DNA of 64,000 bases from Rhynchobatus australiae (lineage: Eukaryota). Shown piece after piece: positions 1 through 14,809 of this stretch (the stretch's first letter is position 1; each line of letters starts with the position of its first letter). The position numbers and the translations under genes are program-made. Under the pieces are notes generated by a model that was not told where the DNA came from, did no database searches, and was given only the letters and a program-made list of their open reading frames with translations. The DNA lies in contig JAUZTB010000017.1 of the NCBI GenBank assembly GCA_034780895.1, positions 33,743,737 to 33,807,736 of the forward strand, in the 5' to 3' direction.

Positions 1-475
1 GAGGAGATTTACCAGGATGCTGCTTGGATTGGAGAGCACGTCTTATGAGGATAGGTTGAGTGAGCTAGGGCTTTTCTCTTTGGAGAGGAGGATAAGAGGA
101 GACTTGATAGAGGTGTACAAGATGATAAGAGGCATAGATTGATTGGACAGTCAGAGACTTTTTGGCAGTGCAACAATGGCTAACATGAGGGGGCATAATT
201 TTAAAGTGATTGACAGGAGGTATAAGGGGGATGTCAGGGTTAAGTTTTTTTTTACACAGAGAGTAGTGGGTGGGTGGAACACACTGCCGGCAGAGGTTTT
301 GGGGGCAGATACATTAGGGATATTTAAGAGACTCTTAGATAGACACATGAATGAGGGGGAGTAAAATGGGGGGCTATGTGGGAGGGAAGGGTTAGATACA
401 TCTTAGAGCAGGATTAAATGTTGGCACAACATTGTGGGCTGAAGGGCCTGTACTGTGCTGTAGTGTTCTATGTTC
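1..475 (+). mobile_element. CR1-clade (HER1-like) LINE 3' end
   Basis: RRFTRMLLGLE...LGLFSLERR..RGDLIEVYK-type ORF2 C-terminus, 3' UTR GGGCTGAAGGGCCTGTACTGTGCTGTAG and TGTTCTATGTTC tail. Confidence 0.9.
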
Positions 476-2485
476 CTCCACAAAGATCTCCAGTTGCTCT
501 TTGTAAATAGTCCCTGAATCAATAAAGAATTGAAAAGATATGACTGAAACTTCTGTAATTCTCTCACATAATTATTTTAATAATCTAGTGTGGAAACCAT
601 TAGTTCCTCTGGATTTATCTGTTTAATTCCCTTTATTTCCTCCAATACAATTCTGATATATTTTAAATCTAATATCTTCCTCCCCTTAGTCCATTTGTAA
701 TTTTCCTCTATCACTGTTCTATTCTCTGCAACTGTGGAAAGAATTATAAAGGGCCCCTTTAACAATTCTGCATTTTTTAAGCTATTGCCTATTGCAGAAT
801 CATTTCTGTTTTTAAATGGACTCGTGTTATCATTTGCCACTTTTATCATAATTTTCAATATTAGCACTTGCATTCTCATTTTCCAGCTCTTATTTGTTTT
901 ATGCTGTCTTACATACTATATTTCTGTTACTTTGCTGAGTTACTATTTTTCTTGTCTTTGGGTAATCTTTGTATTCCATCTTATCTCAGCTGCTGATGCA
1001 TATGCTTGAAGATTTAGATAATTTTGCTCTTCAGAAGTATTTATTGATCATATATTTTGTAAATACCTTTTTGCTTTCCTAACAGTTCAGTCCAGATCAA
1101 CATGCTCAGCGTGAATCTCATTCCATGTAATTTGCCTTACCTGGTTTGTGTAGGTTTCTGGAATTCAATGATAATCTCAATATGTCAATGTTAATCTTAA
1201 TGTCAATACGCTAATATCAGTTCCAAACAGATTGTTTCATGAAAACTGCCCATAATAAAAAATTATCTTTTCTATTATGACTCAAGCTGTTTTGCATGGA
1301 GAACAAAAATCTCCCATGCTTTTCTGAATTCTATTCATAGATATTCTCCACAACATCACTGCTGTCCAAGTCTGTAGATAATACTCAACTGTGAACCCTG
1401 CATAGTATTTAAGAATTCAATTATTTCCATTATCTACTCACACATGCGAATGCCCTTTCATTCAACTACTGTAATATTGGGCACCAGAAGTTTCATCAGG
1501 CTAGTACTTGCTTGGAAATGGTCTAGCTATATGCTTCATTGCTGACATTTCTCCATCTAAGTGCCAAGTTTTGGAATCTTCTGCAAGGTGCATGTCCTAA
1601 GTTGCTGGCTGTTCTTTACTGACAAATTGCACCCTCGCTTTAGAAACTACATGGAGACCAATGATGCTGTGTAAACTTGCTGTAGTTCCCCAGCACTTTC
1701 ATTGGGGACTCTGTCCACTGAGGTTGCGCCAGTCAAGACTTGGCCCAGGAAAAGATGCCCATTAATGTCAATAAGCCAATGCCATCATTTAATGGACCAC
1801 GGCTGATCCATGATCTAACTCCATATACCTGCCCTTTATTAACCAAAAACTTTGCATCTCAGATATATAACCGCTGACCTAGCCTCAATTGCCAATTATA
1901 GAAAGGAACTGCAAAGTTCAACCAACCTTTGATTTGAAAGTGTTCGATAATTTTAATCTTGAAATACACGGCTTTAAACTACATCACTTAGCCCTGCACT
2001 CTTCAACCAGTTTCTCTCCACCTGAACATATTCCTTTAATATCTTTCAATACATCATTGCTTCTAACTTCCAGGAAACAGAACACCAGTTTATGTCATAC
2101 CTTCCCTCCTCTCATTTTAGCTAGACTGTCAATCAATGACAGTCTAATGTGTGCCTTAATAATAAAATGAGCAACTTTAAATCAATAATTAAAATGTGTT
2201 TTTTTTAATATAAAACTTCACACAGGCTATTTTCACCTCAGTGCATTTTCTTGGACCCACAGTCAAAACTTTGTCCCAAATGCAAATCCCCACCTCCACC
2301 ACCACATTCTAGCCTGTGATTTCTTCACTGGACCATTGGAAAGGGCAAAGTGATCACCATCAGCCCCATGGCAATTAAAGACAAAGTACTTTACACTGTT
2401 GAATAATGCAATTAAAGCATGATTATTTTGTTTTAAACCATGTGATAAATCGTGATTGTTTTTAAATCACTTGACAGCCCTAAGA

Positions 2486-2505
2486 TTTATTGTATTAAAT
2501 TTATT
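2486..2505 (-). terminator. Candidate twin polyadenylation signals of MINPP1
   Basis: Two AATAAA on the minus strand (2505-2500 and 2491-2486), ~690 nt after the stop. Usage is not demonstrated. Confidence 0.45.
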
Positions 2506-3193
2506 TGGTAATCCTTCCAAGGTCAAAAATTCCTCCTGTGTTGGAATGCCCAGATCTGCATACTGTCCTTCAGGTGTGGATTAATCTAGGCACTGTGTGG
2601 CATATCTTTACCCTTGCATTCCAGTCCTCTTGATTTAATGTCAACATTCCGTTAGCATTTGTGGTCACAAAAAAATAAGGAAGATGACGGTTGGGGACTT
2701 TCTTTACCACTGTATGGTTCTGGTTAGCAACCACACAGCACCATGCACTGCTGTCACCTACAGTATTTTGCTTTTGCACTTCCTTCTACTTACCCCTAGA
2801 CCTAGCCAATTTGCTCTCTGATCCTTGAACCATATGTTATGAGGGTATGAACATTCGGATAGTACAACTAGCTAGAATCCTATGAGTATAGTGAGCTTAT
2901 GCAAGGAAAAAACAAGAAAGAATTCTACTTCCCTTCCTTAAATGCTATTCATGTAAGGAACAGTAATGCTTTGGAATCACCCCTTCTAAGCTTATGAAAA
3001 GACACAAAAGTGACACAAAAGAGAGTATAACTTCCTCTCTCAAAATGAGCAATTTGTTCCCAGTTTTTCTTTGAAAACTTCATCGACATCTGCAATGTTT
3101 GTAAAAGAAAAATAACAAAACTCTCTCAACAAAAATACGATTTCCAGAGAATTAAAGCAACACGAGCCCATCAGACAAAATTACAGAACTAAC

Positions 3194-3602
3194 TCATAAC
3201 TCATCATGTTCCAGTATATTTAACTCCTCCTTTGAGGCAAACTCACATACATTGCTAAACTTCAGAGCATCATTAAGATGTTGATAGTGGTTCTTCACTT
3301 CATCATAGTCAGCGACAAGGTTTCCACTCTGAGGAAATGGTAGTGGCTTTTCATTCAGAAACAGCTGGAGTTTGTACTTTTCCCCCAGGCTCTGTGTTTC
3401 ATTGCACTGGTACAGTACAAGAATAAGGTTTGCGGCAAAGGGTGAAATTTGTCCACTTCTAAATTTGCGATTCTTTTGCTTGTCAAAATTATTTGCTAGT
3501 AAGGGGTGTTGGTCCTTAAAATACCCCATGAGAGTCAAAACTGGCAGGAGGGTCTCTGCATGCCCAAATCGCAAGACAGCTGTATGAGATATTGGTTCAT
3601 TC
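3194..3602 (-). CDS. MINPP1: MINPP1 last coding exon (HAE motif, HDEL ER-retention signal)
   Basis: Acceptor tttctctcttgttcacag|G. Translates (R)NEPISHTAVLRFGHAETLLPVLTLMGYFKD...KFRSGQISPFAANLILVLYQC...LEHDEL, TGA at 3196-3194. Confidence 0.96.
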
Positions 3603-5277
3603 CTGTGAACAAGAGAGAAATGAAATATTAGTAGTCATTGTGAAAATACTTTTAAAAGGATTTGGCACAAAATAGGATTCTATAGGTCAGACTTACTTGC
3701 TGTTCCGAAACAATAAGTAGGGAACTTGCAGTCAAATAGAACCTGAGTCAAGGAATTTTGGAATGAAGTGCCACCTGCCATTTTGTGCCTATTACTGACA
3801 TTAACTGTTTACCTTTTTCATAAAATTATCTTAACTTTTAAACTTGGTCCAGCATTTATTCTATAACATTGTGCTGTTATTATTTTGTGTCTTTGAAGCC
3901 CTTTGAGAAAATTAATAACTTCCCCCCATCAAATTTGTCTTTTGTATAAACAAAACTAAATTGATCTAGCCAACTCTAATATACAAAACTGTTAAGCACA
4001 GACACCTAACATGCCCAATTATTTGCATTCATTTTCCAAAATGTCAGACTGGTCATGATTCAGATGGGAAAGAATTTGGCAACACATTAGTATACTAAGT
4101 TTCCAAGTTGGATAATGTGAATGTTCAAGCTGCTTAAAATGAGAGTGCCATGGGAATGCTAATCAAGTTTCTCTGTATTTTTTTGAGTTACAGAACACCA
4201 TATTATGGAGAGAAAGCAGTACTACGTGGATTTTTTGCCCATTCTTTGTTTTAATGAATAATAGATAAAAGGAACAACATACTACAATCAGTAACAATCT
4301 GACAACAGGAACATAAATTGACTCAAGCTCTGCGTGCAAAAGGCATAAATAAGGCACAATTATTTCAAAGAAGCTTCATAAAATGCCTTTGTAATTAATA
4401 AAGGAGAGTAAGTGAAAAAGAAAAAAAAGGAATGTGGGTTTACTTCTTCACAGTATTTGCCATCATAGCTTCCTCATGTTTTCCGAGCTGAGTGGCAAAG
4501 TTAAGTCCCTTAATTTAGTGCTCTAAAGACTCTCCTTATCGCTTCTCAAATCTGGTAGGATATTTCCACCTTCTTTGTACTGTGTAAAACTATGAGGAGT
4601 TAAGATTTCTTTGTTTATTGGTGCTTCTACACAAGTCCATACTTCAAACATCTTCGTATGCCTTTCAGCAGTCACCATCTCAATTCAGATTTCCATTCTC
4701 TCACACAGTCTTCAATCCTGTGTCTTCACTGTCCTGTACATTATCTCCCCATTCCATCTTTGGTGGCAGCACCTTTAGTTGTCATGGGTCTTTTTTTTGG
4801 GACACTTTCCCCAAGTCTTTTGCCTTTTTACCTCATGCTTTTAAAAGCTTTCTTAAAACTAGTGTATTCAAGTAAGCTTCAAACCTTGGTTATTTTATTC
4901 AAGTCTGCCGATGACTCTCCCCCAATCTAGTTCAATCCAATACAAAATTACTTGGAAGTTTGTTCCCTGTTAGTGGAAGAGGTATGATTACATTTAAAAC
5001 TGTAGCAACTTTCTGGGTATTTCATCTGAATAAAAGTTTGTACCGTGGAACCTCACTATGGATAGCTCTATGACATTCACTTTGAGGCTGTTCCATAATT
5101 AGCAGCATATGCCTTGGTTACTGGCATAATAAAGCTTAAAATAGGAATTCCAAAGAGCCCACCAAAACAACACAATAACATATGTGTTCATCTCCTACCA
5201 ACTCCAGCCATTTTAAAACTTTTCTAGAAAGACATCAGTGGCAAGTTCTTATCAGAATGGAGACTAGTTAGTGACAA

Positions 5278-5378
5278 ATTCCACATTCCAAAGACGTACG
5301 GGTAGGTTAATTTGGGGTTTAAAATGGGCGGTGTGGACTCGTTGGGCTAGAAAGGCCTGTTACCACGCTGTAAATAAA
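5278..5378 (+). mobile_element. V-SINE (HE1-like) 3' fragment
   Basis: CCACATTCCAAAGACGTACGGGTAGGTTAATT...GGCCTGTTACCACGCTGTAAATAAA resembles the 3' half of the other SINE copies in the window. Confidence 0.55.
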
Positions 5379-7749
5379 ATTTTAAAAAATTTTAAATGAG
5401 TCTTAAGATGGAGAGGAAGCAGCAGGGGGAGGAGGGAACAAAAGGGGAAGGTTTGTAATGGGGTAGAACGCATCAGAAATCAAATGACAAAATGGGTGAC
5501 TGTGCAATGTAATAGAAATCTAGGGGTGTAAATGCAGAACAGTTACCAGTAATTACCTAAGAAATGGTAGAAACCTGAAAAAAAAATTCATTTCCAATGC
5601 TGAGTGTGGAAGGNNNNNNNNNNNNNNNNNNNNNNNNNNNNNNNNNNNNNNNNNNNNNNNNNNNNNNNNNNNNNNNNNNNNNNNNNNNNNNNNNNNNNNN
5701 NNNNNNNNNNNNNTGCTGCCTGTGTTTGTCCTGAGGAAGTATCCTGACTCCAGTCTTGTATTGGTGTGCTGCATTTGGGTTCTATGTGAGTTTGCTCAAC
5801 ATTGTGACAAAAACAGATGGAAGTCTGAGGGTAGAGTGGGGATGAGATGGGAAAGTTAAAGTGACAAAAGATTGGAAGTTTGGGATCACTCTTGTGGAAT
5901 AAATAAGTGCATTTCCCAGTCTGCATTTGGTCTTCTCAATTTTGAGAAGGAAATAATGTATTATACATTGAAAAGAGGAGGTGGTGAAAGGGTGGGGGTT
6001 GCATCTGCAGTATTTGATCTGGCAAGAGATGCAAGTCAATGCTTTGATTCTTCATTATCCTCATTTCAGGTCAGATAGGCCAGGGATCACAATCTATTAC
6101 AAGCCCATTGACTCCCAGTTACTACTTCCCACTCTGCTTCCTGTAAAAGCTCCCACAACCTGCTTGATTGGCACCCCATCTTTCACCCCAAACATTCATC
6201 CTCTCTAACAAAGGTGCAGGGTGACTGCAGTGTGTACCATCCATAAAATACATTGCAGTTACTCACCTAAGCCACTTTTACAGGACCTACCAAACCAAAA
6301 AAAAACTTCAACCACCATGAAGGACAGGAGCAGCAGGTATACTTGCATCTATATGAATTCCCATTGTAACTTTTTTTTTATAGAGACTAAACAATGGATT
6401 AGAAGAAGTTGTTGCTCGAAGAGGCTCAAGTTCTGTCTGGTGGAGGGGCAGGGACTTGCTTGGGTGTCTGTCAAAGGGCAAGGTTCTCAATTGTCCTGGT
6501 GGGGGATGGAGGTGTAGACTGATTGAAATTAAAACTGCCAAAAATGGGACTCTTTGGGACTGGGTAACTGGAATGTGCTAAAGAGGTGGTTGTCATCAGT
6601 AGTACCATGGATGGTGATGAGAAGAGAATAGGAAACGAGTGATAAAATGGAATTCAGGTAGAGCTTCCTGGGTTATTGATTTCTATCAAACAAAATACCT
6701 AAAATAATGTTGATATAGTTTTGTAAAAAAAATGGAAAGACAAAGGAGACATTCTTCTCAACTATTGCAGACTGGTGTTTCTCACTTTTTCATTACTTGA
6801 ACTGNNNNNNNNNNNNNNNNNNNNNNNNNNNNNNNNNNNNNNNNNNNNNNNNNNNNNNNNNNNNNNNNNNNNNNNNNNNNNNNNNNNNNNNNNNNNNNNN
6901 NNNNNNNNNNNNNNNNNNNNNNNNNNNNNNNNNNNNNNNNNNNNNNNNNNNNNNNNNNNNNNNNNNNNNNNNNNNNNNNNNNNNNNNNNNNNNNNNNNNN
7001 NNNNNNNNNNNNNNNNNNNNNNNNNNNNNNNNNNNNNNNNNNNNNNNNNNNNNNNNNNNNNNNNNNNNNNNNNNNNNNNNNNNNNNNNNNNNNNNNNNNN
7101 NNNNNNNNNNNNNNNNNNNNNNNNNNNNNNNNNNNNNNNNNNNNNNNNNNNNNNNNNNNNNNNNNNNNNNNNNNNNNNNNNNNNNNNNNNNNNNNNNNNN
7201 NNNNNNNNNNNNNNNNNNNNNNNNNNNNNNNNNNNNNNNNNNNNNNNNNNNNNNNNNNNNNNNNNNNNNNNNNNNNNNNNNNNNNNNNNNNNNNNNNNNN
7301 NNNNNNNNNNNNNNNNNNNNNNNNNNNNNNNNNNNNNNNNNNNNNNNNNNNNNNNNNNNNNNNNNNNNNNNNNNNNNNNNNNNNNNNNNNNNNNNNNNNN
7401 NNNNNNNNNNNNNNNNNNNNNNNNNNNNNNNNNNNNNNNNNNNNNNNNNNNNNNNNNNNNNNNNNNNNNNNNNNNNNNNNNNNNNNNNNNNNNNNNNNNN
7501 NNNNNNNNNNNNNNNNNNNNNNNNNNNNNNNNNNNNNNNNNNNNNNNNNNNNNNNNNNNNNNNNNNNNNNNNNNNNNNNNNNNNNNNNNNNNNNNNNNNN
7601 NNNNNNNNNNNNNNNNNNNNNNNNNNNNNNNNNNNNNNNNNNNNNNNNNNNNNNNNNNNNNNNNNNNNNNNNNNNNNNNNNNNNNNNNNNNNNNNNNNNN
7701 NNNNNNNNNNNNNNNNNNNNNNNNNNNNNNNNNNNNNNNNNCCTGAAAT

Positions 7750-8060
7750 AGCTGCGTCAGAATTTGGAAAGGAAGGAGGAACTCAAGGAAAATTAATTCC
7801 CAGATAAATGGTACTGAGCAAATTCTTGGAGCTGCTGACTGACATGTCCCTTGGTCCAAATGTGACTTCATCCGAGGGTCTTAAAGAAGTGGTGAGTGAA
7901 ATAGTTGATTTGTTGCTGTTAGGTTTCTGAAGATCCTTAGATTCAGGGAAGTTGTCTTTAGATTGGACAATAGCAAATGTAACTCCTTTATTCACAAAGG
8001 GGAGGGAGTCAGCAGGAACGTAAAGGCCAGTTACCTTAACATTTGTTGTAAAGAAAATGG
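7750..8060 (+). mobile_element. Decayed CR1 ORF2 fragment (pre-RT region)
   Basis: Encodes ..HPRVLKEV...SLDSGKLSLDWTIANVTPLFTKG...RPVTLT-like peptides with disablements. Confidence 0.75.
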
Positions 8061-8264
8061 TTGATAGTGGAGCAGGCACACCAGGGCACTGGAAAAATAC
8101 CACCACTGTTGTGTCCTGCAAAACTCACTGGAAGAATAAGTGAACCAATGTCATCATCCTCCCCCAGGCCTTCATCCCAAGTACTGAGGCTACAGTTACT
8201 CTCAGTTAGCTGTGTTGGGCTGGCTGTGACGGGCTGGCTGTGACATTTGCATGCCTAACACTAA

Positions 8265-8585
8265 CCTCTCAAAGGTCTCTTGCAGAGAAGATTACTAGAT
8301 AGGCAGAAGAAAATATTCAAGGATGTGCTCAAACCTTCCTTGAAGAAATGCTACACCCTCACTTACTCCTGGGAATCTCTGGCTTGTGACCACACAAAAT
8401 GGAGGAGCATTTGGGATGGAATGGAGAATTGAGGCCATGCACCAGAACCAAAAAGCCCTGCATAAACAGCAGAAGCGTACTCCTCCTCGCATCCTGCTCC
8501 ACCTGTGGATGAGTCTGTGGTTCCCACTCTGGTCTTATTGGACAAATCAGAATTGGGAAAAGCATTCAGCACAGAGTTGAGAAGA
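8265..8585 (+). mobile_element. RTE-clade LINE 3' fragment
   Basis: Similar to 16690-17285 and to the reverse complement of 49860-50270. Ends in a relic of a C-x2-C...GL..H terminal motif. Confidence 0.55.
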
Positions 8586-9914
8586 AATGTATTCACTTTT
8601 CTAGTGTATCTTTTGAATTCTCTCCCTAAGCAGGCTAGGGATGCTCAGGACACTATTCAAGATAGTAGCTAAAAATCTGTTAATATCCAGAAAAAAAATT
8701 GAAGGTTACAGGGTTATTGCAGGCATTGAAGTAGAAGATCAGCCATGATCTTTTTGAAAGGGAGAGCAGGCATGAAGGACTAAATGGCCTACTCCTTCTA
8801 TTTCTTATATTCATATGAAATTAGTTATATGAAGGCCAGATGGTTTATAATTGAGAGTTTGTCATCAGACACAGACTCCATAACAAGACCAACCTGGACG
8901 AGTCCAACAAATGTTCAAGACAGGCCTGGGTCAGCCAATAAACTGAAGGTCAGACCAGTTAATACATTCTCAGTAAACAGGTTATATTACTTAAAGATAC
9001 ATCAGCATTGTTAGACATTTTCACACAAAGTATTTTGCAAAGATTTAAGACCCTGCCAAAAATTAGGCTGTGAATGTCTTGATAATGTGTTGAGCACTCA
9101 TATACCACAATTATAAGTACTAATTTCACAGCTATAATGCTTTCATTTTAAACATTCTGTAACATCTGAGGACAATGTGATCACCTGAAAAATACTATCA
9201 TTGGCAAACATGGGCCTTATGGAATGACTGGCCTACCAGGTGCTCAAGTGCCTTGCTCTGGGTATAAAGCTCTCAGCCAGAAACTCTGGCAAAGAACCAT
9301 TTTCTTGACAGCTATGAAAGTTTGCTGCAGGCTCTACTGGTGAAATTGATTGGAATGGATTTGAAACATGAGCTGTCCAAGGGAGGCAAGATTGCTTCAA
9401 TCATTCACTTAACACAGTAGAATGGCTGAATGGTTTAAAAAATTTGCATCAGTTTTGGATGAAGTTGAGGAGGCTTTAAATCCAGATATGTGTGACCACT
9501 GATAATTTCAGTAGGTAAAACAGTTACTGAACTTTGATCTGCTCAGTCCAAATATTCAGATTCTGTTTCCTTAGGGCCTCACAGACAAAAGTACTGCTTG
9601 TCAAGTGGTTTAATTTTACCAGAATATTCAGCATGGTGGCCAATGAACTTTAATCACAGGAAGACCATTCAATCAAGTTTTTGGATTTAAATATCTTGAT
9701 ACAAGTCATCCAAAGCAAGAAGCAGCAGTCATCTGCAGCACTAAACTGCTTCCTGTAGAGACAGTAACTGAATTTAAATGCAACACTTGGTTTGGAGGAT
9801 TGCACATGCATTCGTGGACTCTCCATCTGTTCTCCCTGCTTCTGCTTCCCTTGTTTTCCATGATCATCTTATTCTAAATGTGGTGGAATATTGATGAATT
9901 TTGCTGTTGAAATT

Positions 9915-10875
9915 ATTTTCCAAGTGGCTCAAAATTTGGTCCTTTGCTTTTTGTTTTATATATTGGTGATTTAGGCTTTGATGGAAAGGGTATAATAATG
10001 AAATTTGCAGATGAAATTGGCCACGTGGTTGACAGTGAGAAGAACAACTGTAAATTGTGGGAAGATGCAGATCGCTGTGTCAGTTGAGCAAAAAAGTAGC
10101 AAATAGGATTTAATCCTGAGAAGTGCCAGGTATTCATTTGTGGAAGTGAAACAGGGCAAGGGAATATACAATAAATGGGGAGGTACTGAGAAGTGTGGAA
10201 AAACAGGTCCTTAAAGGTAGGAAGACAGGTGGATAATAGGGTTAAAAAGGACACATCTAATGATTACCTTATTAGGTTAGGTGTAGAATAGCTGGAAGGT
10301 TATGATAAAATTGTTTATTATGCTTGTTAGGCCACAGCTCAAATACTGTGCAGTGTTGGCTAGCAGTTTACAGGAAAGATGCAATTTTTCTGAAGAAGGT
10401 GAAGAGTAGGTTTACAAGGGTGTTACCAGGACTGGAAAATTTTAGCTATAAAGTAAGATCAGATAGGCTGTTTTCCTTGCAACAGTGAAGGACAAGGGGA
10501 GACTTAATTAGGTTTATAAAATGACAAATTCCTTAATAGAGTAATCAGGAAGAACCCATTTCCCTTAGCTAAGTGTTCAAAAAAACTGAGGTCATTAATT
10601 TCAAGTAATTAATAGAAAGATTAGAGCAAAAGTAAGTAAAAATATTCTTCTGCAGAGGGTTTAAAGGGTTGGGAGCTCTGCCTGAAAGGGTGGTTGAGAC
10701 AGAAACTCTCATCATAGTCAAAACACACCTGGATCTTAACTCAAAGCAAGACCTGCAGGACCACAGATTTAATCCTGGAAGGTGGGATAAGTTTGAGTGA
10801 TTCTTTTCCAAAGGGCATAAGCATAATGTATCAAATAGCTTTCATCTGTGTTGTGAAGTTGCTATGATTCTATGA
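9915..10875 (+). mobile_element. Old decayed CR1 LINE (RT end to 3' tail)
   Basis: LGPLLF...KFAD..., FNPEKC, RPQLKYC, RFTRVLPGL relics and a CTATGATTCTATG tail. Confidence 0.8.
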
Positions 10876-11989
10876 AAGGTTATCAAACAGAAATTTGTTT
10901 CTCTCTGTAGCATTTTCTGTTTTACTTTCCTATACATTACAAGTAAAGCCAGAGTGTGACATACTTGAATAGTATCTTATTTCAAGTCAGAAACTGAACA
11001 AAATTAACTTATTAGTTGACAAAAAAACACAGCATTCTAAACCAATGGTTTTCAAATTGCTTTCCCTGCCTATATTCAGGCTAAAAGGAACACACCCTCA
11101 CTTCCAAAAGATGGCAAGTTCATCAAAGACAAGGAGAAATTGTGCTTTATTTGGAGACGGCAGTAGAAATAACTTGCTGGTAAGTCAACAAACACATGCA
11201 TTAAGTGAAAGCTGGGCATCCTGGTTTTAAATCCTGTTCGGAGGTAAAACTTTCCATTAATTAATGTGAGAAAGGTTGATTGAACCCTTGTAGGCAAAGG
11301 GAGGAGAAAAATAAACTACACAAGGTAGGAAAATGTTAAAGCATTATCATAAACCTTCTGTAATAAACAGATGTTCCAGTGATTTTCTTTTTTAAATGTT
11401 TAACTTGCTCATATTTTATGGAGATTGAATGATTAAAAATTGAAAACATCCAAAAAGCCTCGAATAATTAAATAGATCTTGGAAAGAAATACAGGTTAAC
11501 TATTTGTGTTGCAATTCAGTGAAATATCATTGCAGCAAAGAAAATTAATTTAGAAAATTTAATAAACAGAACTTAAAGTAATGTCTTGTTCCATGCTCCT
11601 TGCAAGCCAGACAAAACAAAAGGAACACAGGGATGTTGATCTCCAGGACTTTAAAGCTAGTTTTTTTTTTTGGGGTGATGGGGTGGGATAAAGAACGGAG
11701 GTTAAAAGAAGTACAGGAAATATTTGAGAAAGTGGCCCATAGCAATAATATCATGCTTTTAATTGGGGAACTCCCTATTGAATTGTAATTAAAAGATTAG
11801 ACTTTAGCATCCAAGGGATTGCAGAAATATCAAATCCCTGCTAAAGCCTTTCTCTTTCTCGTTAAATTTATTTTGGCTCCTCTGGTGTAGTTACTTTGGC
11901 TAATTAAGAAAATGGGTATTTGAAGATCAAGACCTCAGTTCTGGCACAAAACTCATGGTCCAATGGGCAGAATTCCTGACTCTCTATTT

Positions 11990-12190
11990 GCTTGAGACTT
12001 AAGACTACCTATAATTGGCACGTCCAAGCAATTGAAAGACACTGCTACAGCTGTCTTTTCAAAATCCTCCAAATCCATTGGAAGGCTAAGCAAATAAATG
12101 TCAGTGTCCATCCCAGGCCAACATCCCCAGCACAGAGGTCCTGATTGCACTCTGTTGGGCAGGTCATGTCTTTTGCATGCCCCATGTCAA
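11990..12190 (-). mobile_element. RTE-like LINE fragment
   Basis: Minus strand has relics of QILQIHW..., QLRWAGHV..MP..RLPKQ motifs when read in the coding direction. Orientation and bounds approximate. Confidence 0.35.
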
Positions 12191-14809
12191 GCTCCCGAAA
12201 CAGGCACTCCATTTCAAGTTCTGTCACAGGAAATGATTACCAGGTGGCAGCTTTGAGGAAAATCAAGCAGTCAAAAAGATCAAATCCAAGAACTTCATAT
12301 GTATCATTTTTATTCCTGCTGATAGTGAATTTTGTATTTCCATAGATATTCTTTATTTTTACTTTGTCTCTTTTAATTTGCAGGAGCCCTATGATTTAAG
12401 ATCCAGAAACAAAATCCAAAGAACTCTGAAAAGATTATTCAAATATATTTACTTTACTGTCTGCACTACTTTTCAAAAGCCTAAAATAAAATTTACATCA
12501 AAACTATCATTTCATTAATACATGGGACTATCCCAACAATATAATGATTAGGGATGTTTTTAATATTGGGATAAAGAAGGTGGTCATTTTTATTTTGTTT
12601 TTAAGTTAAATTTGTTTTCAAGGGGATTAAAAGTTTGGAACAAATACCTTCTTAAATATAAACGAGAGTTAATTGAAGCCTGTGCATAGGACTGACTTCC
12701 TCACGTTCAGCACGCTCCACATCAGGTCGAGACACTACAGTGGGAGTGTGGGGAGCCTAGGCTGATCAGGAGGTTTAAGTCTCGGCTGATTGAAGGTGGA
12801 GGGAAGGCTCTTGGAGGGCATGGGGTGGGGTGAAGATTGAAGAATAAATAGTAAGTATGGGAATTATTTTAGTGGGGACCTGGTCTGGTGTTGCACTGTG
12901 AAGACCTGGCTATCCCAGGAGTGCCCAACTAATTTCTCTTGCAAAATCCCCAAAAGAGTAATGCACAAATAATAACATAACATGCATTTCTGACATGGAA
13001 ACTGCATCCAGCATCCAATGTGTAAAGTGCAACACATTCTGGGAAATACTGATCAAATTTCCAGAATGATACAAAATGACCTAGAAATTATTGTTTTTAC
13101 ATTTTAATCCATGGCAAGTACTTTTTTTAACTGTGTAACATTAAAATAAACAGGAGCACTCCATCTAAATTCTAGGCAGGATGCCTTAGTTTCCTGCTCT
13201 TTAGTTTAAAATATCTAGTCTGTGGCATGCTCTATTATCAAAGGACACTATGAAATCTATCAAATGTTATTAATTTGCATCTCCCAATTACTGAGCTACT
13301 AAATGTATTTTTAGGCAATGCAATCAATATCCCATTTATGATCAAACCTAGACACAGCATTGGGATATTTGTTGGGGAACAGCTTTGTTTATACTAGTGT
13401 TAAATATTTCTCTCTGTGCACTTTACCCGCCTTTTTTCATGTATTTATGAGTATCAAAAAATGGAGCCACAATATATGAAATTATTATCTGGTACTATCT
13501 TAAACTATGTACTGATCTCTGGCTGTTCAGAAGTGCTAAAGAATTGGAAAAGAAAGCTATAGAAAGATGAAATTTCCATGCTCCTGTAACAAGGGTGCAT
13601 CTTCCACGTTTGCTTGCCTTCTATGATGGATTCAATTGTTTCAATAAGTAAAAAAAAATCTGATATTGCTGGTGCCTTGGTACCTAGAGTGGGTTTTATT
13701 TTACCCAATTATGGTGGTAGTTGCGATAAGCATGTGGGGAATATGTGATGGAAGATCATTTATTATTTAACTTGGGCAGTGCCCAGGTTATGATATGGTT
13801 CTGAGAACTATTCGCAATCTGAACTGTTCACAAGTTGGGAACAGTGTGTGGGAGAAGATCATGGGGACAGCTGTGNNNNNNNNNNNNNNNNNNNNNNNNN
13901 NNNNNNNNNNNNNNNNNNNNNNNNNNNNNNNNNNNNNNNNNNNNNNNNNNNNNNNNNNNNNNNNNNNNNNNNNNNAAAAAACAATGCATATTTATTCCTG
14001 CTAAATATAGCAGAAAGAATTAGGGGTGCTACATTCAGGTGTGTGAAGTTTTAAGGGAGCAATGTACTTCAGTTACTGCCAAACAATCTCCATGCCCTGA
14101 AAATACTAATTCCTTCAGAATTTAATTATTGAAGGTTTCTAAAAATATTAAAATATCTCTTTAATTTTTTTCTTTTATTTCCCTAACTTTATTTTGCATT
14201 CTGCACATGATTTAGCAATTGATTAAATGTTCCAAGGGGTCTTCAAATGGAGTGGCTGAAGAGCCAAGCTGCTGCTTTCCCTTCCCATACATCTCACATC
14301 GTCCAGTAAGCATGATGTGCTGAATCAGTCAATGACAGTAAGTTACCATTAAAACCCAGAAAATGTGAAAGTCAAGCCCATCCCATTCCCCAGTACCCCA
14401 CTTTCTATTTTCTAGTCTCCCATTTATGTGGCAAATTGTTATGATCCGGACCACACTGTACAAAATATTGGTGGAAGCAAATTTAATAATTGTTTGCAAA
14501 AGCGTGACAGACAAACATTAAAAGCAATAGAAATTACAGGAATATGGGGAAAAAAGGAAGTAGGATTATCAGCACATTCAAAGCACTGACACTGAGATGG
14601 GTCACTAACTGAAACAAGATCATCAACCTGAATTGTTGACCTTTTTTCTCATTTTACAAATACTGCCTAACCTGCTGAGTATTTCCAGAAATTTCAATTT
14701 CTATTTCAGATTTGAAGCATCTGCAATTTTTACCTTTCTAATGATTTCTTTCTGTGCTGCATTATTTTATGCTTTCTATTGCACATTGTGATATAGTGGT
14801 TGTGTCTGT

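Noticed and set aside
6762-7871. Long ORFs across N-runs (also 18087-18605, 30638-30983, 43472-44288, 59748-60189, 62123-63235)
   Set aside because: Artefacts of translating assembly gaps.
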